From Verrucomicrobiota bacterium (GTDB lineage: Bacteria; Verrucomicrobiota; Verrucomicrobiia; Opitutales; Seribacteraceae), in contig JAYYQI010000052.1 in NCBI GenBank assembly GCA_036128475.1, positions 50,065-114,064 on the forward strand: 64,000 bases of DNA, read 5' to 3'. Below are positions 49,492 through 59,494 of this stretch, in pieces; position 1 is the first letter of the stretch; the number at the start of each line of letters is the position of its first letter. The notes beneath the pieces were generated by a model. The model saw nothing but the letters and a program-made list of their open reading frames with translations, did no database searches and was not told the origin of the DNA. The position numbers and the translations under genes are program-made.

Positions 49492-50802
49492 ATGAAAATC
49501 ACTCGCAGATCTGCCCTAAGAGGCTTTGGAGTCTCAATTTCACTCCCTGTGCTGGAGTCTTTTGGGAGGACTGGCTTTTCGGAAATTCCCTTAAGAATGG
49601 GTTTTACCTACATTCCCAATGGCGTAATTATAGATGAGTGGCGTCCCAAAGAGACTGGATCTCTCGGGAAATTGCCTGAGAGCTTGCAACCACTCCAGAA
49701 TTACACAAAGGACTTTCAGCTAATGAGCGGACTGGATCATACCAAAGCCTATGCGAATGGTGATGGTGGCGGTGATCATGCTCGGGCAAATGCGACTTTT
49801 CTCACTGGGTGTCAGGCAAAGAAGACTGCAGGCAAGGATATTAAGATCGGTGTTTCAGTTGATCAAATTGCAGCTGATGCTATCGGTGACAGGACAAAAC
49901 TTAGATCACTGGAACTGAGTTGCGATGGAGTGAGAAAGTCCGGAAAATGCGACTCGGGTTACAGTTGTGCTTACCAATACAATCTTTCGTGGAAAACGGA
50001 GTCTATGCCCATGGTTCCGGAGTCCAATCCTCGGCTGGTCTTTGAAAGGCTTTTTGGTAATGCGTCTTCTCCTCTCGATCGTAAAGCCCAGCTTAAAAGA
50101 AGGGCCCTTAATAAGAGTATTCTTGATTTTGCCTTAGAAAGTGCGAAAGGTTTCAATAATCGGCTGAGTAAAATGGATCAAGATAAACTCGATGAATACT
50201 TTTCGAGTGTTAGGGAATTGGAAAAAAGAATCGAGAGGGAAGAAAAAAATGGGGCACAAATATCTTATCTTCATAGACCCGAAGGAATTCCAGACAATTA
50301 TCAAGAGCATCTTAGAATCATGTTCGATATGATGGCCCTAGCTTTTCAAAGTGATTCTACTCGGATCAGCTCGTTCCTGTTGGCACATGACGGAAGCAAT
50401 CGTAGTTTTCGAGACATTGGAGTGCCAGAGGGACATCATTCTCTTTCTCATCATAAAAATGATCCAGATAAAATTAAGAAACTAGCACTGATCGATCGAT
50501 TTTATTCCGAACAATTTGCTTATTTTATGCACAAACTTTCAACCATGAAAGAGGTCGACGGAAGCAGACTTCTCGATCATTGTATGATCGTGTTCGGAGG
50601 AGGAATCAGCGATGGTAATCGACATAGACATTCTGATCTTCCGGTTCTTCTTGCTGGTGGTAAGGCACATGGTCTCGCAAATGGTCGCCATGTTGATTAT
50701 GGCAGTGTACCCATGACAAATCTATTTCTTGCTCTTTTGGAAAAATTTGACATCGAAGCTAAGCAATTCGGGGATAGTACAGGGGTACTTAGAGGTATTT
50801 GA
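49492..50802 (+). CDS. DUF1552 family protein (Tat-like signal)
   Basis: TRRSALRG, YIPNG, SVDQIAA, CDSGYSCAY, HHSLSHH, DGNRH, FGDSTG. Confidence 0.9.
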   Translation: MKITRRSALRGFGVSISLPVLESFGRTGFSEIPLRMGFTYIPNGVIIDEWRPKETGSLGKLPESLQPLQNYTKDFQLMSGLDHTKAYANGDGGGDHARANATFLTGCQAKKTAGKDIKIGVSVDQIAADAIGDRTKLRSLELSCDGVRKSGKCDSGYSCAYQYNLSWKTESMPMVPESNPRLVFERLFGNASSPLDRKAQLKRRALNKSILDFALESAKGFNNRLSKMDQDKLDEYFSSVRELEKRIEREEKNGAQISYLHRPEGIPDNYQEHLRIMFDMMALAFQSDSTRISSFLLAHDGSNRSFRDIGVPEGHHSLSHHKNDPDKIKKLALIDRFYSEQFAYFMHKLSTMKEVDGSRLLDHCMIVFGGGISDGNRHRHSDLPVLLAGGKAHGLANGRHVDYGSVPMTNLFLALLEKFDIEAKQFGDSTGVLRGI

Positions 50803-50939
50803 GTTTTCGATTTCTTTTACCTTTGTGCTTCTAAGGACTTTATAATCAAAAGATTATTGATCTGTTTTTCGGAGTGTATTCGTTCATGTAAGGAAAATCT
50901 TGCCATGATTGGCAAATTTGAAAAGACTTATCTCTTTAC

Positions 50940-51869
50940 TTGCCCGTGAACAGTCTAAATCGATTACTTTTCTTTTCCTTGGGTAGCATTTTCTTGTTGC
51001 TTGTCCCTTTGTTCTGGCTCGCGTTGACATTTGATTACATTGCTTTAGAGAATTTTGTGTTGCGCTTGAGCAAATCGAAATTCGTTGGGTATCCAATACC
51101 CGAGCTTTTAGGAAGTCCTCCAGAAGAAAATGTGCCCGATCAAATTCATCGGATTAATTTGTCCATAAGTGTGTTCATCTTGAGTTACGCTGTTTTTCTA
51201 ATTGTTATAAGTTATTTAAGAGGAGCTGTCCTACAATTCAAAGCTTTAGGATGTGCTATTCTTATTCCCTTATTCGCAGGGGTCGTTTTATTTTGGTTAA
51301 GGTTTAATGCCGGAGATCATATTGTTTCCAAATCCGAGAAAGCGGAATTGTTCGAATTTTCGTTTTACTCAATTGCAACATGTTTGGTGCTCTTTTTCTT
51401 CGTTTTTCGTAAGTCCAAAAAAGCGGTACGAACAAATGAAAATTTAGCTGAAAAGACAACATCTCGAGTGCCTGAAAACATCCAAGTTGTTGCCCCAGGA
51501 AAAGCTGAATTGCCTGCAGAGGGTGAACAGGTATCGGCGGATATTGAGTCAAGCCAAACAATAGATGGATCAAATGATGAAAATGTTAATGTTGAGAAGG
51601 GTGAGGGTGTTGGAGATTTAGTTGCAGTTGAAGAAGAACCCTCAATTGCCTTGGAGGGAAATAACCAAGAAATTACTAATGAGAATGAAGGAAACACAAA
51701 AGAGGGTTCAGCAGTCTCAGAAAAAGAAGACAATTCTGCCGATATTGATTTAGCGAAATTGGAAGATGTAGATTCTTCAGGAAAAGAAGTGGTCGAAACC
51801 GAATCCGTTGAAGTTGCTAGTTTTAATGAGGATGGCTCTTCTGAGAAGCAAACGGTTTCCACGGAGTAA
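50940..51869 (+). CDS. Hypothetical membrane protein with acidic low-complexity tail
   Basis: Four hydrophobic segments followed by an E/D/S-rich tail. Confidence 0.65.
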   Translation: MPVNSLNRLLFFSLGSIFLLLVPLFWLALTFDYIALENFVLRLSKSKFVGYPIPELLGSPPEENVPDQIHRINLSISVFILSYAVFLIVISYLRGAVLQFKALGCAILIPLFAGVVLFWLRFNAGDHIVSKSEKAELFEFSFYSIATCLVLFFFVFRKSKKAVRTNENLAEKTTSRVPENIQVVAPGKAELPAEGEQVSADIESSQTIDGSNDENVNVEKGEGVGDLVAVEEEPSIALEGNNQEITNENEGNTKEGSAVSEKEDNSADIDLAKLEDVDSSGKEVVETESVEVASFNEDGSSEKQTVSTE

Positions 51870-51955
51870 GGTGATGATGATAAACCTCGGAATGAAGAAG
51901 TTGAAGAAATGAAGTTGGAAGATCCAGTTTCTGTAGACAAAACCTAAGTAAGCAA

Positions 51956-53356
51956 ATGCGAAAATTCCTTTCATATATTTCTCTCATTACCTTATTTATT
52001 TTGGGTATTTTCTTACTGGAGGGTGCGTGTTTTAGGCTTGTTGAAAATTATGCTCAGTTTCGGTTGCAATTAGCTTGGGGTGAAAAAGGAAAGGGTTCGT
52101 TTCATGAAATATTTAGAAAACTACCTCTTGATCACTTCAAGTTGCCCCCATCATCTCCTATAGAAGAAAAAGGGTTATCAGAAAGGCTTGTCCGGGAAAA
52201 CCAATATTCAAGCAAGATTTTGAGTTTTTCCAGACCGACTAGGGATCTCTTTAAGGAAGAGGTTGAAAATACACTTGATCCAATTGGAATCTTTGAGATT
52301 AGAGATTTTGGCCCTATTAAAAGTATAGTTTTACCTGGGCTTAAGCTGCCAGCCACCCAAGAGGAAGTCGTAAGAAAAAGAGCTAGAAGAATTGGGGATC
52401 CTATGGAGTATGCCCGAGGAATTTTTGTCTTGGTTATGGAAAAATCCAGCGAAACGAACTTTGCTGAGCTATTCAAGAAATTTGAGACTACATTCGGCTT
52501 TTTGCTCGGTCGTGGAATGGCATGTGCCATCATTGACGTAAATTCGGAGTCTGACTTGATGGATAAGGTTAGATTTTTGCAATCCAAACATCCAATGATT
52601 GCAAAGAATGTATTTGCTTATGCTCGCGAAACCTCCGCGAACCTTCTATTGAAGGCTTGTTCGATTGAACCTGATTTATTCAAAGCCGTCGTGGTAAATG
52701 ATCCATCTTTTGTGCTTCCCCCACCTGCTTATCGAGGACTCCCATGGTTTCTTGTTGAATTAGGAGGACTGCCAACCTCGATCGAGGATGATCGAGGCGA
52801 AAATCTACTCAAGTGGATTCAGTTATCTCGGGATTCAGATTTTCTTTACCCTTCAAGATTGGGCGGTTTATTGCATTTGCAAAATCCGCGAGATACTTAT
52901 CAAACATCATCTTTTGCCATCTCGTTTTTACTTGAAGCCCTTGGCTTTTGTGAAGCGGTTGGAGATTCGTGGCCAATGTCAAAACCCTACGAACAGAGAG
53001 AACCAATCGTTGCAAATACGAAAACTATTCGTTATCAAACTCGCACAGAAGTAAATCAAATTGATTTGCTTGAAGTAGAGAGAACGAATTTGGAGCTAAC
53101 GAAAGGAGAAGGAAAAGTAGACCTTACCGTGAAAGCATCTTTTGACTGCGATATTGTACGTGGCTACAGAGAAATCCATGCCGGAGATCCAGACCTATTC
53201 CTTATAAGCAATCGAGATTTAGTTCTAAAGATTGGACTGGGTTTTGAAGAAATGGGAGAAGATGTTCTTAAACAGGTAGCAGAACGCGATCCTTTATTTT
53301 ACAGATTCTACCGATCACTACGAGTGCTTGAAGCAGATGCTTCTCCACTCAATTAA
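51956..53356 (+). CDS. Hypothetical exported protein, possibly a degenerate alpha/beta-hydrolase fold
   Basis: N-terminal signal/TM; GRGMACAIIDV and VFAYARETSANLLL...PDLFKAVVV segments. Confidence 0.55.
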   Translation: MRKFLSYISLITLFILGIFLLEGACFRLVENYAQFRLQLAWGEKGKGSFHEIFRKLPLDHFKLPPSSPIEEKGLSERLVRENQYSSKILSFSRPTRDLFKEEVENTLDPIGIFEIRDFGPIKSIVLPGLKLPATQEEVVRKRARRIGDPMEYARGIFVLVMEKSSETNFAELFKKFETTFGFLLGRGMACAIIDVNSESDLMDKVRFLQSKHPMIAKNVFAYARETSANLLLKACSIEPDLFKAVVVNDPSFVLPPPAYRGLPWFLVELGGLPTSIEDDRGENLLKWIQLSRDSDFLYPSRLGGLLHLQNPRDTYQTSSFAISFLLEALGFCEAVGDSWPMSKPYEQREPIVANTKTIRYQTRTEVNQIDLLEVERTNLELTKGEGKVDLTVKASFDCDIVRGYREIHAGDPDLFLISNRDLVLKIGLGFEEMGEDVLKQVAERDPLFYRFYRSLRVLEADASPLN

Positions 53357-53363
53357 TACTTCA

Positions 53364-54644
53364 CTAAACGAAGCGAGTTATTCCAGGTACGGGAGGTTGG
53401 GGTACTTCAAGTCCCTTATCCCAATCCATGTGGGGTGGCGTTAAATCCTCCTTGGAATTCAAGGCATCCTCATAGGTAATTTTCTGACCAGTATAGGATG
53501 CCATTCTGCCTAAAATTGCAACCATGGTGCTATGAGCGGACTTCTCGCCATCATTAAATGGATTGGCGTTCCTAATCGATGCGAACAATTCGTCGTGTTC
53601 TGTCTGGTACATGTCATTATTCTCTCCCCTATATCGCCATGAATCATCACCAGCAATAATCGTGTGTCGGTTTTTGGCCGAACTGGACCCTTTCGTTCCG
53701 TATAGCTCAACCTCATAACTGCCAACCGTCCCGTTTTGCTGTCGGGAAAAGTGGTATCCCCGTGCACCATTTTGCCATTGGTAGACACAGGCAAAATGAT
53801 CGAAAATATTACCATACTTATCGGGATCGTCATAGACTTGCCTGCCTCCCGAACCCTCAGCCTCGATCGGAGTTTCATCTCCCATTGCCCACTGCATCAT
53901 ATCAATGCAATGTACTGCTTGTTCCACGATGGAGTCTCCCGAGAGCCATAAATGGGCGTTCCAGTTTCTTAATTGGGCTTCCAAATCCCCCCATCCATCT
54001 TCCCTTGTTTTTTTCCAGACTTCTCCACCATTATAGGTGCTATACATTGCATGCACATCACCCAAGGCACCATCCAAAATACGTCCAAACACCTCACGTT
54101 TAGGAAAGTGATGCCTCCAACAGAAACCAGACATGAAGCCGAGATTCTTTTCTTTAGCTTTTTTGGCCAACTCAATGACCTTTCTTACGCCTGGGGCATC
54201 AACTGCAACCGGTTTTTCAAAAAAACAATGGACTCCTTTTTCTACTGCGTATTCTAGGTGTTGAGGTCTGAAAGAAGGAGGAGAAGTAAGAATTACAACA
54301 TCCACGCCAGAGTCGATAACCTTTTTATAGGCGTCAAAGCCCGTAAATGTGGTTTCGGGCGTCACTTGATATTTACTTTTTCCGCGAGCCTTCAAAATTC
54401 TGCTTCTAAGCTTGATTCTGTCTTCGAATAAATCTCCTATGGCAGTAAGAGCAACATGATCATCGGCATTCATCGCCTGAGCGGCAGCACCACTACCACG
54501 ACCTCCAATGCCAACTAAGCCAATTTTTAGCACCTTATCATTCTCAACGGCTCTGGCTATATTTGGAGCTGTCAATATGGTTGATGCTGTTATTGCTGAA
54601 CTCGTTTTAACGAAGCTTCTACGAGAAAAATTGTTTGTTTCCAT
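53364..54644 (-). CDS. Tat-exported Gfo/Idh/MocA oxidoreductase (start likely ATG 54644)
   Basis: SRRSFVK Tat motif, IGLVGIGGRG.GA, EKPVAVD, EQAVH..D. Confidence 0.92.
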   Translation of the reverse strand: METNNFSRRSFVKTSSAITASTILTAPNIARAVENDKVLKIGLVGIGGRGSGAAAQAMNADDHVALTAIGDLFEDRIKLRSRILKARGKSKYQVTPETTFTGFDAYKKVIDSGVDVVILTSPPSFRPQHLEYAVEKGVHCFFEKPVAVDAPGVRKVIELAKKAKEKNLGFMSGFCWRHHFPKREVFGRILDGALGDVHAMYSTYNGGEVWKKTREDGWGDLEAQLRNWNAHLWLSGDSIVEQAVHCIDMMQWAMGDETPIEAEGSGGRQVYDDPDKYGNIFDHFACVYQWQNGARGYHFSRQQNGTVGSYEVELYGTKGSSSAKNRHTIIAGDDSWRYRGENNDMYQTEHDELFASIRNANPFNDGEKSAHSTMVAILGRMASYTGQKITYEDALNSKEDLTPPHMDWDKGLEVPQPPVPGITRFV

Positions 54645-54788
54645 AATGATTAATGTGCAGATTACTTGAGTAATGAAAAGAGATTTATGATCGAGTTTGA
54701 ACATTTTTTATTCAAGATGATCGAAAGGAGTAAAAGACTTTTCGATTATAGGAGTGAAAATACATAGTAAAAAAACACCATGAATTAA

Positions 54789-55266
54789 ATGAAAGCCTTA
54801 TTTATCTTTCTTTTATTTTTGTCATTTTCCATTCTCCATGCGGAAAAAAATCGTATTTGTTGTAGGAAAAAAAAGTCATGATTATTTTTCACATGAACAT
54901 ATTGCGGGCTGTAAATTGCTGGCCAACCATTTGGATTCTGCCAACATCGGAATCTATTCGGATGTTCGTAAATGCGTTTTAACAAGAGGAGAAAATCAAC
55001 ATTTGGCTTAGGCTTTTCAAAGAGGTCCGGATCATAGTTTTGGTAGAGGCTTTTGATTTACCGGACGACATAATCATGTGAATTGGGGTGCTATACATTA
55101 CAGAAAGCTGGTTTTGAATGCCATTGCATGGATTGCCAAGGTAGATATCCCGCAAGGTGGATTAAACCCAGGAAATGTTTCGGTTGCCGACTTGCAAGAA
55201 AATCAAGAATATCCTCATAAAGAATTTAAATGCTCAAGATATTTAGCGAGCCCTTTCTCAATTTAA
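54789..55266 (+). pseudogene. ThuA-like domain protein pseudogene
   Basis: Signal peptide MKALFIFLL.., frameshift in the A7 run at 54844-54850, then IVFVVGKKSH..HEHIAGCKLLA; in-frame TAG 55009 and TGA 55054; C-terminal GRGF*FTG.HNHVNWG..RKLVLNAIAWIA; central part apparently deleted. Confidence 0.8.
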
Positions 55267-55325
55267 TCATCAGTTGAAATAAATGAGATGGCGAAACATT
55301 TTATATATTTTATAGTAAAAAGAGT

Positions 55326-56468
55326 ATGAACCGAAAAATTCTATGTGTTGATGATGAAGAAGCTATCCTCAAGGGATTTCAGCTTAATTTGAGAAAAAAC
55401 TTTGAGGTTCATCTAGCATCAGATGGGGTCGAGGGACTTAAGGTTTTTGATGAAAACAAGGATTTTGCGGTCGTTTTGTCTGACATGAGAATGCCCAGAA
55501 TGGATGGGGCAACTATGTTATCCGAAATTAAACAGAGGGATCACGAAGTCGTGACAGTTCTTTTAACAGGTCACACAGATTTCGAATCCGCAATGTCAGC
55601 GGTTAATAACGGTAATGTTTTCCGCATGCTCTCAAAGCCCTGTCCTCCAGAAACTCTAATTAAGGCTCTCAATGAAGCGGTGGAGTTACATGACTTGATC
55701 ATAAGCAAGCGGGTACTTCTCGATAATACTTTGCGTGGTGCTGTAGATGCTCTTTCGCAAGCGTTGTCCATTGCGAAACCATTATTTTTTGGGAGAGCCC
55801 AAAGAGTAAGAAGAATCGCCAACGAACTTGCGGAGATGATGAAAATCCCGAACTCTTGGCGAGTTGATGTTGCTGCAGTCTTCTCGCAATTGGCATATCT
55901 ATCGCTTCCTGAATCCGTTAGTGAGGAGGTCTATCACAAACGAAAGTTAAGCTCCGAATTGAAGGAAATTGTAAAACGCTTACCGGAGGATACGACCAAT
56001 ATTATAGAAAAAATTCCTGGTCTTGAAGAAATTGGGAAAATTTTAGACAAAGTAGAAATCCAGCACAGGTATGAGGAAGACGACCCTAATGGTGTCAGAA
56101 TTGGAGCGTCTATATTAAAAGTCGCATTGGACTTTGATTATTATGAAGAACAAGGACATGCAAGGAGTATTATTGTCCAAACTTTGATGGGTAGGGTTAA
56201 GGATTACGACCCCAAGGTTACTGAATGCTTATCCGAGATTCTCGTAGTAACCGAGCAAACATTTACCCTTGAGGAACTAGCTATAAAGGATCTTGAAGTT
56301 GGAATGAGATTAGCCCAAGATCTCAGGCTCAACGAAGATGGTTTTTTGGTTGCTTCTTCAGGAGCAGATATCGACCGGCAACTGCTTAAGGTGATAAGAA
56401 ACTACAATTCTTGCTATTTGGAGAGCCCTTTCCCGAAGAAAATTCAAGTTACGAAACCTGTTGGCTAA
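55326..56468 (+). CDS. Response regulator (REC + HD-like output domain)
   Basis: CVDDE, SDMRMPRMDG, LLTG, KP; degenerate HD-GYP-like C-terminus. Confidence 0.88.
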   Translation: MNRKILCVDDEEAILKGFQLNLRKNFEVHLASDGVEGLKVFDENKDFAVVLSDMRMPRMDGATMLSEIKQRDHEVVTVLLTGHTDFESAMSAVNNGNVFRMLSKPCPPETLIKALNEAVELHDLIISKRVLLDNTLRGAVDALSQALSIAKPLFFGRAQRVRRIANELAEMMKIPNSWRVDVAAVFSQLAYLSLPESVSEEVYHKRKLSSELKEIVKRLPEDTTNIIEKIPGLEEIGKILDKVEIQHRYEEDDPNGVRIGASILKVALDFDYYEEQGHARSIIVQTLMGRVKDYDPKVTECLSEILVVTEQTFTLEELAIKDLEVGMRLAQDLRLNEDGFLVASSGADIDRQLLKVIRNYNSCYLESPFPKKIQVTKPVG

Positions 56469-56627
56469 GAGCTTTAAATTGTCTGACAAAGACAAAAAGT
56501 AACATTGATGCAAGGTAATGAAAGAAAACAATCGATCACCTTTCATACTTCGAGGATTTCTATTACTGTTAATGATAAAAGTTCGCTTGTAATTCTAATT
56601 GTGCTTTAAGTATATGGTAGATTTGCT

Positions 56628-58283
56628 TTGAAGGTACGTTCTTACATAATCGTCCTTACTAGTGGGAGCTTGTTAGGTGCTCTTACAATTACACTCTTCG
56701 GTTGGTTCACTTTCAGTGGATTGAGGGATGCGACGAATGAGTTAGAGCGTGAAGCCAAAAACTCCGGCAGTTCTTCGGAAGAATTTTCCGATGTAGAAGC
56801 ATTTCTGGCTACGACTCGAGAAATTTTTACAACAATGGAAATATATCCGGAGGATTATGCTGGAATATTCAATGTTGCTTATGATTCCATAACTTTAGCA
56901 AAAGAAGGAATTAATGTATTGTCGGATAAGCATTTTTCTACCTACACCGATGCACTATTGTCTCCTATTTCCAGAGAGATTAGAATGTTGGAAGAATCAA
57001 TTAGGACCATCGAGAGGCTTAAACCAACAAGTAAAGAAGATGAGGTTTGGCACAAGAGAACAGCAAGATGGTTGAAATATAAAGAGATTCGAGAAGGATT
57101 GAAAAAAAACCTAGATAGACTCGAGATAAAGGCACATAATAATCTCTTAGAGGCAAACAAGTTACTGTCGTTTAAGTGGAAAGAGCTCGAAGAAAGAGAG
57201 TCAACTGCTCAAATTTCTCTTACAGTTGTAATTATAATTTACTTCATGCTGATATCTGCTCTTGCTTTTTTAACTTATCGAAGTTTTGCCCGCCCTATAA
57301 CTAAGCTTGAGGAAGCAGCATCAAGATCAATCGAAAAAAATCAACCATTCAACGCAGCTGAAATCGGACCTGCTGAAATAAAGTCTTTAACCAGAAGATT
57401 ACAGGGTTTGATTATTGGACTTGAGGGTACAGTAAAACAAAGAACCGCAGCTCTTGAAAAAAAGACCAATCAGTTAAAGTTGGAAATAAAACAGAGAAAG
57501 GAACTGGAAACCCAGCTTGTTCATGCCCAAAAAATGGAAGCAGTTGGTCAACTGGCTTCTGGAATTGCCCATGAGATAAATTCTCCATCCCAGTTTGCTA
57601 ACGATAATATTTTATTTCTTAAGGATGCAGTTGATGGTTTCATTGCGAAAATTTCTGGCTCCAATGATATACCTGATGATAATGATTTGACTTTCTTTTT
57701 GGAGAATGCCCCAGAGGCTGTCCAGCAAGCTAAAGAGGGAATTTCTCGAATTACCACTATTGTGAAATCGATGAAGAACTTTGCCTACCGTGACGCTGAG
57801 TCTGCGAAGAAACCTAATGACCTCAATCTAGCAATCCAGTCAACTATAGTGGTTGCTACCAATGAGTGGAAATACCATGCAGAAGTTGTTAAAAACCTAG
57901 ATGAAACTCTGCCTATGGTTCCTTGTAATGTAGGAGAAATTAATCAGGTTGTTTTAAACCTGATTGTTAATGGTGCTCACGCAATTCGAGATAAGTTTGA
58001 ATCTAAAGGTAAAGGGGAAATAAACATTACAACAAAGCATTACCCAACCGATGATTGCGTTGTGATTGCCATAACGGACAATGGCGGAGGAATTCCAAAG
58101 AAAGTACAGGAAAGAATATTTGAACCATTTTTTACTACAAAAGAGGTGGGGATTGGAACTGGTCAGGGACTAGCGATTGCCCACAATGTGGTGGTAAAGT
58201 CTCACAGTGGACAAATTTGGTTTCAAAGTGAAGATGGGCAAGGGACAACCTTTTATATAAAGCTTCCCATGAGTCGAAATTGA
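56628..58283 (+). CDS. Sensor histidine kinase (two TMs, HAMP, HisKA, HATPase)
   Basis: QKMEAVGQLASGIAHEINSP, NLIVN, DNGGG, FEPFFTTK, GTGQGL. Confidence 0.95.
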   Translation: MKVRSYIIVLTSGSLLGALTITLFGWFTFSGLRDATNELEREAKNSGSSSEEFSDVEAFLATTREIFTTMEIYPEDYAGIFNVAYDSITLAKEGINVLSDKHFSTYTDALLSPISREIRMLEESIRTIERLKPTSKEDEVWHKRTARWLKYKEIREGLKKNLDRLEIKAHNNLLEANKLLSFKWKELEERESTAQISLTVVIIIYFMLISALAFLTYRSFARPITKLEEAASRSIEKNQPFNAAEIGPAEIKSLTRRLQGLIIGLEGTVKQRTAALEKKTNQLKLEIKQRKELETQLVHAQKMEAVGQLASGIAHEINSPSQFANDNILFLKDAVDGFIAKISGSNDIPDDNDLTFFLENAPEAVQQAKEGISRITTIVKSMKNFAYRDAESAKKPNDLNLAIQSTIVVATNEWKYHAEVVKNLDETLPMVPCNVGEINQVVLNLIVNGAHAIRDKFESKGKGEINITTKHYPTDDCVVIAITDNGGGIPKKVQERIFEPFFTTKEVGIGTGQGLAIAHNVVVKSHSGQIWFQSEDGQGTTFYIKLPMSRN

Positions 58284-58295
58284 TACTATCCCAAA

Positions 58296-59489
58296 ATGAA
58301 AATTCTTTTTTTGGTTTGTTTGGTCTTCATTATTGGTTGCTCGGAAGATTCGCAGAAAACCGAAAATCATAGTTCAAAAGGCCAAGACCTCCCTTTCCCT
58401 GTGGTCCGCAAAATGGAGATTTCAAAAAAGGAACAAAAGAGACTTGAAACTGATCTGTTCAAATCGAAATTTGTTCGAATTAATCCCGGTAAATTTATGA
58501 TGGGTAGCGACGATAACGAGACGGGAAGAGGGCAAGATGAGCTCTTGCACGAGGTTCATCTAACAGAACCGTTCTATATTTCAAAATTTGAGACAACTAT
58601 TCATGACTGGAATTCTGTGTACCTGTCTCGTATGCGAAATCCCCATTTCACGCTCAATTCCGAGGATAAATCACTAATAATGATTATTTATAAAAGTCTG
58701 CAACTAAGCCCATCTTTTAAAGAAATGTTGACTCAGACTTTCCAGGAAAGATTTGCCTTGCTGGAAAATAAGGAAATCCAAGATAGAAGAATAAGACTCA
58801 ATCAATTTGAAAAGATTCTTGATTATTGGAATAAAATTAATGAAGGGCAGAGGAAGAAAATCGCTTTGGAAGAGTCATTTTCTGTAGATCAGGTCACTCA
58901 AAGGTTAAATAATATACACGGACATCAAATCCAACTACCCGTTAATCAAGTATCTTATACTCAAGCAGTGGCATATTGTCATAAACTAACTGAAGATACA
59001 TACATCAAAGGAGAATTGCCTTCTAAAATGATCTATCGTTTACCAACGGAAGCTGAATGGGAATACGCATGCCGTGCTGGCATGCAAGGAGTTTCAGGGT
59101 TGGATGATGGCAAAAGTCTCTCTGGCCTGAATGCAAATCTAGATGGAGGTCAAAGAAATTTTATAATTGGTAAGGATTCCACGCTTATTAATCGAGGAAA
59201 GCTAATTCCGGTGGGAGCAGAGTTCACTAGATTTAAACCAAATCGATGGGGTATTTATGATATGCATGGTAGTGTTAAGGAATGGTGTTATGACTTTTAT
59301 GGTAAATATTCCAATGAAGATGTAATCAATCCAATTGGTCCAATAAGAGGAAAAGCGAGGGTCTTGCGTGGTGGGAGTTTTTACAGGACTGCTTATGAAT
59401 GTCGCTCATCAAGTCGCGATAAGCTAGATCCTTCATGGCGAGGGTCCGAAATTGGATTTAGAGTTGTTTTAGGGTTTCCCCTCAGATAA
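58296..59489 (+). CDS. FGE-sulfatase (SUMF1)-like domain lipoprotein
   Basis: Lipobox IIGC, F.MGS, RLPTEAEWEYACRAG, N.WG.YDMHG.V.EW, RGGS, GFRV. Confidence 0.9.
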   Translation: MKILFLVCLVFIIGCSEDSQKTENHSSKGQDLPFPVVRKMEISKKEQKRLETDLFKSKFVRINPGKFMMGSDDNETGRGQDELLHEVHLTEPFYISKFETTIHDWNSVYLSRMRNPHFTLNSEDKSLIMIIYKSLQLSPSFKEMLTQTFQERFALLENKEIQDRRIRLNQFEKILDYWNKINEGQRKKIALEESFSVDQVTQRLNNIHGHQIQLPVNQVSYTQAVAYCHKLTEDTYIKGELPSKMIYRLPTEAEWEYACRAGMQGVSGLDDGKSLSGLNANLDGGQRNFIIGKDSTLINRGKLIPVGAEFTRFKPNRWGIYDMHGSVKEWCYDFYGKYSNEDVINPIGPIRGKARVLRGGSFYRTAYECRSSSRDKLDPSWRGSEIGFRVVLGFPLR

Positions 59490-59494
59490 CCGAT

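Noticed and set aside
51365-51940. 191-aa Ser-rich antisense ORF and the other short (60-150 aa) overlapping ORFs in the track
   Set aside because: They are shadows of real genes on the opposite strand or in another frame, with no motifs
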